Assembly: GCA_041690595.1 (NCBI GenBank)
Contig: JAWLHB010000019.1
Coordinates: forward strand, 12,335 to 76,334
DNA: 64,000 bases
From: Lentisphaeria bacterium
GTDB taxonomy: Bacteria > Verrucomicrobiota > Lentisphaeria > JABSQK01 > JAWLHB01
Reading direction: 5' to 3'
Under the pieces are notes generated by a model. That model did not search any database and was not told the origin of the DNA. It worked only from the letters and a program-made list of their open reading frames with translations. Made by a program: the position numbers and the translations under genes. Position 1 is the stretch's first letter, and each line of letters starts with the position of its first letter. Positions 59,301 to 64,000 of this stretch are shown piece by piece.

Positions 59301-59454
59301 CTTCGTCGGCAGCCCCCTGCAGTGGGTTCAGCCGGTCAGCATCACCGAAGCTCCCCTCGACACTCCGGAGTTGCCGCTGGAAGGTGACGGCTTCAACGTC
59401 ACTCTGGGGCCGCGCGACATTCTTACCCTGCGTGTCTGCCTCCCGCTGGACTGA
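56395..59454 (+). CDS. glycoside hydrolase family 38 (alpha-mannosidase)-like protein
   Basis: VHVVQLSHHDAGYTDL resembles the GH38 N-terminal HSHxDxGW block. The 1019-aa length and multi-domain layout fit GH38. GGAGG precedes the ATG. It has no signal peptide. Confidence 0.5.
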   Translation: MDFISIERIEPTVCIRQGLGSLEQRIDVVLVNSSEETEVILAANGQEHQLVCPPGESTTELFQPLPRNDDSLTVEVRSAERVLGYAQCAWQPPRRWTVHVVQLSHHDAGYTDLASQVLLEQDRWLDRLVDFSRETADYPEAARFRAVIEQGWSLLHYLRRAPEERRHGLLELLRRGDIEVSALFGNMVTELCDDETLIRALYSVAELSRQHGFRVRTAEHNDIPGFCWGLSEALVDAGVEMFCPGLPTYYNWGHDWPSFWDDAAIFGRKDVPGAFWWQTPAGKRLLVWCNNRGCGGSSDPAMPDLPRCLRSYELNGYPGNLLRWPVVGASRDNSPYIRGFADTIKGWNERWEWPRLICSTNSRFLDDLLPTLPEDLPVHHGGLPGQDYPSGAMSTARASATARYVQAGLPVAEQLACTAMALAGHTVNRSRLNAAWEALLWHCEHTWGYHFPAGPVARTAELEKAVHAHRADALTQEIANKAAACLADSVRLTRDAIHLVVFNPSPWQRTDRVRHPLREIDNCGGELVTRLAGEQEPGAMLRPAILNNRWPVHPPLDLAAGHFRLIDVQSGATVPFQVLPVSDALGDVVDAAQRVGLGSGTRRLGHFDEPLGLAHDLCFVANDVPAGGWRTYRMEADQASPSTTYLRQTTLENAHYRIGVQPETGTIRSIIDKQVERELVASYAEYPFGSLIVVDPQGRAHLSALTAIHPMESGPVLSRLRLEYAAPGHPRIQLTLVLWHDLPVIEIAAHVLKAPDPLFSVHLAFTFAIAGGRFTVDEALTTIDPAHDRLPGAYLNRLACRNWVRLGDSTSTLYWSSLDSPIFSLGRLWPSRMSPAHTCVVDARYSVSPQVPEDLAGGAIFSTLYMNNVGTNFAVSQEGSCLFRYVIASTAAASVHPDTCNRFGASARHPLTAIYTRHEGNRTLPPTSPWLQISDSCIQVVTLKPALDGNGFILRLRNSRKEPVSAGIRFVGSPLQWVQPVSITEAPLDTPELPLEGDGFNVTLGPRDILTLRVCLPLD

Positions 59455-59458
59455 CGGC

Positions 59459-60496
59459 TCATCGCTCGCGGGGAAAAGCCTCCAGCAGGGGCGTCATCAC
59501 CTCGCGGTCGAAGTTGTCCGCCATGAGCAGAATGCCGTCCCCGTTGGGGTGGCACTGATCCAGCGTATAGGTGGCAATTTCGTCCAGGCTGAAGACCTTC
59601 AAGCCGTTCGTGTAGAGCAGGTGACGATCGCCGGCTTTCCGCAGGCGAACCTGAACATCCGCAATCGCTTCGCGCATGGCGCCGATCGTATAGTCGACCC
59701 GGTTGGGCGTCGTTTCATGGGGTGGATAGCCGATTGGCGAGACCAGGCCGACAGGGGTCTGCTCATGTTTCTCGCGGATGATTTGCACCAGCCCCATGAC
59801 TGCCGCCGGAAAGGTGCGCGCGCTCAGCGAACCGCTCACCGTGTTGATTCCCACCTTCAGCGTGATGTAGTCGGCGGGCATATCCCGAATCATCATGGCC
59901 ACCAGCGGATCCAAGTGACACTGGCCCCCGTATCCGAGGCTGGTCAGGTTGAGCCCGTGGCGCCTGGCAACGATGGCGGGCCAGATGCGCGACGGGCCAT
60001 GCGCGCGGACACAATGGGTCAGCGAGCTGCCGTACGTGATCCACCTCGGCCGCACGTCGTCCACCGCCCGAGCATCGGCCTTGCCCGCTGTTTCCAGCCC
60101 CGTCACTTTCATGCCCACGTGCTGGGGCAGCCACAGCTCCACGATCTTTTCCCCTTCGGGAAGCTGCTCGAAGGTGACGCTTTCCCCGCCCGCGCCGACG
60201 CCTTTGCTGGCGACCAGCTCGCCGTCGATCGTCAGGTCAAAGATGTAGAGGTGCGAGGTCTCCGGCCGTTCGAGCGGTGGCAGCGGCTGAAAGTGCAGGG
60301 TCAGGGATGAGCTGTCCGTCAGAAAGCGCAGGCGAACGCCGCTGCAGTGCTCAGCGGCGTTGAACAGACCGTCATTCGGAGATGGAAAGAGGTGCCGACG
60401 GGAGCAGGGCAGGCGCCATGGCTTCAGGTAACCGTCGCCCTTTTCGATCTCGACCGCACCCTCGAACCAGCTTTTGTCCAACTCGATCTGCCGCAT
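59459..60496 (-). CDS. SGNH/GDSL-family hydrolase with an N-terminal beta-sandwich
   Basis: ITYGSSLTHC (block I, GxSxT-like) and the C-terminal DQCHPNGDGILLMA (block V, DxxH) are present. The start was moved to the ATG preceded by GGAGAGG. Confidence 0.55.
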   Translation of the reverse strand: MRQIELDKSWFEGAVEIEKGDGYLKPWRLPCSRRHLFPSPNDGLFNAAEHCSGVRLRFLTDSSSLTLHFQPLPPLERPETSHLYIFDLTIDGELVASKGVGAGGESVTFEQLPEGEKIVELWLPQHVGMKVTGLETAGKADARAVDDVRPRWITYGSSLTHCVRAHGPSRIWPAIVARRHGLNLTSLGYGGQCHLDPLVAMMIRDMPADYITLKVGINTVSGSLSARTFPAAVMGLVQIIREKHEQTPVGLVSPIGYPPHETTPNRVDYTIGAMREAIADVQVRLRKAGDRHLLYTNGLKVFSLDEIATYTLDQCHPNGDGILLMADNFDREVMTPLLEAFPRER

Positions 60497-60557
60497 ACCG
60501 CCTCTCCTGTGTGATGGTGTTGGCTTAAGCTGCCTCGCCTTGTCGTCATGTGCAAGA

Positions 60558-60974
60558 CTACTCGACGGTTTCCGATTGTTTGGGCGGCACCATCCCTGCT
60601 TCCGGCAAATGGCGCCGAATGTGGTCCATGAGCTGTCTGGGCGTGATCGGCTTCGAGAGATAGTCCGTGCAGCCAGCCAAGCGAGTCTTTTCATTCCACC
60701 CGCCGAAGGCGTGGGCCGTCAGCGCGAGTATCGGCAGTTCCTCGAAGCCCGGGAGCTCTCGCAACTGGCGCGTCACCTCCAGGCCGTCCATCCCCGGCAG
60801 TGAAATGTCCATGAGGATCAGCATCGGTACCTGCTCCTGGCACCAAGCCAGCGCATCTTCGCCGTTGCTCTTGACGACGGACCGCAGGTTCATGTGATTG
60901 AGGATCTTGGCCGTCAGCTCGCTGTTGACTTCATTGTCCTCAACGATCAGGACGACGTTCACGGGCTCTGCCAT
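60558..60974 (-). CDS. single-domain response regulator (CheY-like receiver)
   Basis: [10 protein letters not shown]...[13 protein letters not shown]...ALTAH...K contains the phosphoacceptor Asp and the conserved T and K. It overlaps the 3' end of the hybrid kinase gene by about 35 nt. Confidence 0.8.
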   Translation of the reverse strand: MAEPVNVVLIVEDNEVNSELTAKILNHMNLRSVVKSNGEDALAWCQEQVPMLILMDISLPGMDGLEVTRQLRELPGFEELPILALTAHAFGGWNEKTRLAGCTDYLSKPITPRQLMDHIRRHLPEAGMVPPKQSETVE

Positions 60975-63900
60975 GCTGGTTCTTCTCCATAGTATCTTGG
61001 ATGGCCTTCATCAGCACTTGCGGTTTCAGACCGCACTTCCGCAGGATATGTTCGATCTGCTCCGTCAGGTGGCCGAGGAGGGAATCCTGGGGATCCGCAT
61101 TCGAGATCACAATCACGGGCACCTGCGCGAGTTCGGCTTCGTTCCGCATGACCTGGAGCAGCTCCACGCCGTCCATCTCCGGCATCATGATGTCGAGCAG
61201 CGCCAGGTCGGGCCGGTCTGCCCGCATGCCCTGCAGCGCCGCGCTCCCGTTCGCATATTCGCTGATGCGGCAGGGACGGCCGCGCAGCAGACGCCGCAGA
61301 AGCTGCCGGTCGTCCGCATCGTCGTCGACGATGGCGATATGGACGCGGTCCGGCCCGAAATGATGGTGCACGATCTCCAGCAACTGCTCGCGGTTAACCG
61401 GTTTCGCCAGGTAATCAGTCGCCCCCAGGGTCAGCGCCAGTTGCCGATGGTTCATCATCGAGATGACATAGACGGGGATCTCGGCGGTGGCGGGATCCGC
61501 CTTCAGGGAGCGGAGTATCTGGAAGCCATCGCGATGCGGCATCATCAGGTCCAGAAAAAGCAGCTCCGGCTTCAGGATGCGAATCTGATCCAGCGCCAGG
61601 CGCGGATCGTGACAGCGGTGGACGTCGATATCGAGGTGGCTGAGCTGCTTGCGGATGACTTCCGTCACCGCCTGATCATCGTCGATCACCAGGACGCGTG
61701 GCCTGTTGCCGGGCGGCATCACGTCGGCACAAGCGCCGGCCGGCTGTGGCACCACACCCGGCTGCCCGAAGCAGAAGCGCGGGATCTCCAGCGTAAAGGT
61801 CGAACCCACATTAAGGGTGCTCTCGACCAGGATGTCGCCGCCGTGCATCCAGGCCAGCTTGCGCGCGATCGTCAGGCCGAGGCCAGTTCCACCGTACTTC
61901 TTGGTCGTGGAGCTGTCCGCCTGGGTGAAGATTTCAAATATGCGCTGCAGCGCTTCCGGCTTCATGCCGATGCCCGTATCGCTGACCGAGATGCTGACCC
62001 GCGCGTCGCTGGTACGCGCCCGCACCGTGATGTTGCCCCGGTGGGTGAACTTGGTGGCATTGCTGAGCAGGTTGAGGAGGATCTGCCGCAGCTTCGCCTC
62101 GTCCGCATGCACGGTCACGACCGGCGGATCGGGAAGATCAAGTACGAGATTCACTCCCTTCTCGCGTATGAGCGACGCCACCGTCGCCACGCAGCCATGG
62201 ATGGTCGGCACCAGGTCGAACGATTCGCAGTGCAGTTCCGCGCGCCCCGCCTCAATCTTCGACAGATCGAGCACGTCATTGATCAACTGCAGCAGGTTCT
62301 GGCCGGCATCGGCCACCTTCTGCAGGCTGCCGCGCTGCTCCCCGTTGAGCGGACCGTCCAGGCCGTCGAGCATGCACTGCGTATACCCGATGATCGCATT
62401 CATCGGCGTGCGGATCTCATGGCTCATGTTGGCCAGAAACTGCGACTTGGCGCGATTGGCCTCTTCCGCCTGCTCCTTCGCTTCGATCAGCTCCGCCTCC
62501 GCTTTCTTTCTCCGGGTGATGTCACGGACAATGCCGGTAAAGAGGCTCGTCTCGTTGAGCCGCACTTCGCTGACGGATATCTCCATGGGAAAGGTGCTGC
62601 CGTCGCGCCGCCGCCCGCACACCTCGTTGTTACTGCCGATAACGTGGGCCACGCCGCTGCTCAGGTACCGTTGAATGTAATGCCCATGCTCGCTGCTATG
62701 CGGCTCCGGCATCAGCAGGCTGACGTCTTTTCCTTCGATCTCCGCCGCGCGATAGCCGAACATCTTCTCCGCCGCCGAGTTGAATGAAAGGACGATGCCC
62801 TGCGCATCGATGCTGATGATGCCGTCGGCCGCCGCATCGAAGATGGCCTGCAACCGCTTCTCGCTGGCGCGCAACGCCTCCTGCGCCTCATGCCGCTGGG
62901 TCACATCCTCCACAGTAGCGACATGGCCGATGATACGTCCCTCGTCGCGCATCGGCGCCGACTTCGCCGCACAGAGCAGCACCCGCCCGTCCGGGCGCTG
63001 CATGCGAAACGAATCTTCGTACAGCTCGCCTTGCCTGGCAGACGCATACCATTTCTCCGCGACGCGTTCCTGATCCGCCGGGTGGATTGCCGCTATCCAG
63101 CCGCGACCCTGCGCCTGTTCCGGGCTGATCCCGGCCATTTCCAGCCACCTGCGGTTGGTATAAATGGCCTCCCCCGCGGCATCCGTCACCACGATGCCCA
63201 TAGGCGCGCTGTCGCTCACCGTGCGAAACTGCGCCTCCATGCGCCGTCGTGAGCGCTCGCTCTCCTTCTGCGCGGTCAAGTCGGTGGCAATCCCCAGGTA
63301 GCCGCTGATACTGCCGTCTCCGCCCCGCATCGCCGTCACCGTCAGGTTCACGGGAATGCGCGTTCCGTCCCGGTGGATATAGGTCCATTCGCGTTCGGCG
63401 GAGGCGCCATGCCGAACCGAAGCGACAAAAACCTCGAATCCCGGTGGGATTTCCTCTCCAAACTGCTTGCTCAGCTCTGCGGCTCTGCTGGCAAGCTCCT
63501 CCGGATCGTGAAGGGTAAGCGGCGTGGCCTTGCCGACCAGCTCTGCTTCCTTGTAGCCAAGAAGCCGTTCCGCCGCCCGGTTGAAGCTCTGGATGATGCC
63601 TTCCGGTGTGGTCGAGATGATGCACTGCACCGCGCTGCTGAGGATCGCCTGCCGCATCTCGGCCAGCGCCTTCAGCCGCTCCTGCGTTCTGCGCCGCGCG
63701 CTCACATCCACCACGCTGCCGACGAAGCCGATCAGGCGCCCCGTGCGCTCCGCATCGCGAATGGGCTCCAGGCTCAGATCGTTCCACCAGGTCTGCCCAT
63801 CGCGGCGCCGCGCCAGCATCACCAGGCGGCAGGGCACTTCGGCCGCGATGGCCGCCTCCACCTCGTCCATCTCCGCGGATCCGCCTTCACCCTGCAGCAG

Positions 63901-64000
63901 GCTCAGTCTCTCGCCGATCGCCTCCCGGGCGGTGTAGCCGGTGATCCTCTCGAAGGCCGGATTGACGTACGCAATGGGGTTTCCCGGGCGGGTGGGGTCG
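60940..64000 (-). CDS. hybrid sensor histidine kinase / response regulator with multiple PAS domains (partial; the N-terminus lies beyond the right edge)
   Basis: There are at least five PAS/PAC-like repeats, then HisKA ([17 protein letters not shown]), HATPase ([19 protein letters not shown]) and two receiver domains (VLVIDDD...FLDLMMP; IAIVDDD...[11 protein letters not shown]). The tracker M at 63870 is internal to a PAS domain, so the ORF continues past position 64000. Confidence 0.8.
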   Translation of the reverse strand, partial: DPTRPGNPIAYVNPAFERITGYTAREAIGERLSLLQGEGGSAEMDEVEAAIAAEVPCRLVMLARRRDGQTWWNDLSLEPIRDAERTGRLIGFVGSVVDVSARRRTQERLKALAEMRQAILSSAVQCIISTTPEGIIQSFNRAAERLLGYKEAELVGKATPLTLHDPEELASRAAELSKQFGEEIPPGFEVFVASVRHGASAEREWTYIHRDGTRIPVNLTVTAMRGGDGSISGYLGIATDLTAQKESERSRRRMEAQFRTVSDSAPMGIVVTDAAGEAIYTNRRWLEMAGISPEQAQGRGWIAAIHPADQERVAEKWYASARQGELYEDSFRMQRPDGRVLLCAAKSAPMRDEGRIIGHVATVEDVTQRHEAQEALRASEKRLQAIFDAAADGIISIDAQGIVLSFNSAAEKMFGYRAAEIEGKDVSLLMPEPHSSEHGHYIQRYLSSGVAHVIGSNNEVCGRRRDGSTFPMEISVSEVRLNETSLFTGIVRDITRRKKAEAELIEAKEQAEEANRAKSQFLANMSHEIRTPMNAIIGYTQCMLDGLDGPLNGEQRGSLQKVADAGQNLLQLINDVLDLSKIEAGRAELHCESFDLVPTIHGCVATVASLIREKGVNLVLDLPDPPVVTVHADEAKLRQILLNLLSNATKFTHRGNITVRARTSDARVSISVSDTGIGMKPEALQRIFEIFTQADSSTTKKYGGTGLGLTIARKLAWMHGGDILVESTLNVGSTFTLEIPRFCFGQPGVVPQPAGACADVMPPGNRPRVLVIDDDQAVTEVIRKQLSHLDIDVHRCHDPRLALDQIRILKPELLFLDLMMPHRDGFQILRSLKADPATAEIPVYVISMMNHRQLALTLGATDYLAKPVNREQLLEIVHHHFGPDRVHIAIVDDDADDRQLLRRLLRGRPCRISEYANGSAALQGMRADRPDLALLDIMMPEMDGVELLQVMRNEAELAQVPVIVISNADPQDSLLGHLTEQIEHILRKCGLKPQVLMKAIQDTMEKNQHGRARERRPDR

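Noticed and set aside
1-64000. CRISPR arrays, tRNA and rRNA genes
   Set aside because: No regularly spaced 25-40-nt repeats with unique spacers were found. No GTTCGAATC or GTTCAAATC T-loop in a cloverleaf context was found, and no rRNA-like conserved blocks. The only periodic repeat is the 9-bp TCGAY array, which is too short for CRISPR.

Overview
High-GC (about 65%) bacterial chromosome segment. Gene content points to a Planctomycetota-like organism: three DUF1559 'H-X9-DG' prepilin-type proteins, DUF4838 and heparinase II/III-like secreted enzymes, and a 2300-aa PKD/Cna-B adhesin. The window reads left to right as follows. (1) At the left edge, a three-gene minus-strand cassette of visibly lower GC than its flanks: an ABC/AAA_21-type ATPase, a translationally coupled 188-aa partner, and a Fic (HPFx[D/E]GNGR) protein that runs off the window. 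This is the strongest candidate for a mobile, defence-like or undescribed system. (2) Housekeeping genes queD and nfo, then an Opp/Yej-type peptide ABC importer (substrate-binding protein, two permeases, ATPase). (3) Several minus-strand secreted-glycan operons, each headed by a DUF1559 pseudopilin-like gene. They encode DUF4838/CBM9 proteins, a putative GH123/DUF4091-like protein, two paralogous alginate-lyase/heparinase II/III-like enzymes that each carry a CxxC-X22-CxxC insertion, a LamG-like giant protein, an AstE/AspA-family zinc deacylase, a GntR regulator and a URO-D-like protein. (4) An isolated DUF4143 AAA ATPase behind an AT-rich promoter patch. (5) An RRM/glycine-rich RNA-binding protein with a strong sigma70-like promoter and a leader of about 180 nt. 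(6) fliD and a flagellin gene with a textbook sigma-28 promoter (TAAAG-N14-GCCGATAA) and a GGA-rich leader. (7) A translationally coupled 383-aa secreted protein and the 2300-aa multi-domain adhesin. (8) GH29 alpha-L-fucosidase, a PhyH dioxygenase and a tandem-duplicated PF12831-type FAD oxidoreductase; the promoter region of the oxidoreductase holds a striking seven-unit 9-bp periodic TCGAY repeat. (9) An alpha/beta hydrolase, an ArnC/GtrB-like GT2, UDP-xylose synthase and a GH38-like hydrolase. (10) An SGNH hydrolase, a CheY-like receiver and a multi-PAS hybrid histidine kinase that runs off the right edge. No CRISPR array, tRNA or rRNA was found. Many long antisense ORFs in the six-frame track are GC-driven artefacts. 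Where the tracker's first 'M' is a TTG or GTG codon, starts were moved to the nearest in-frame ATG with a ribosome-binding site.
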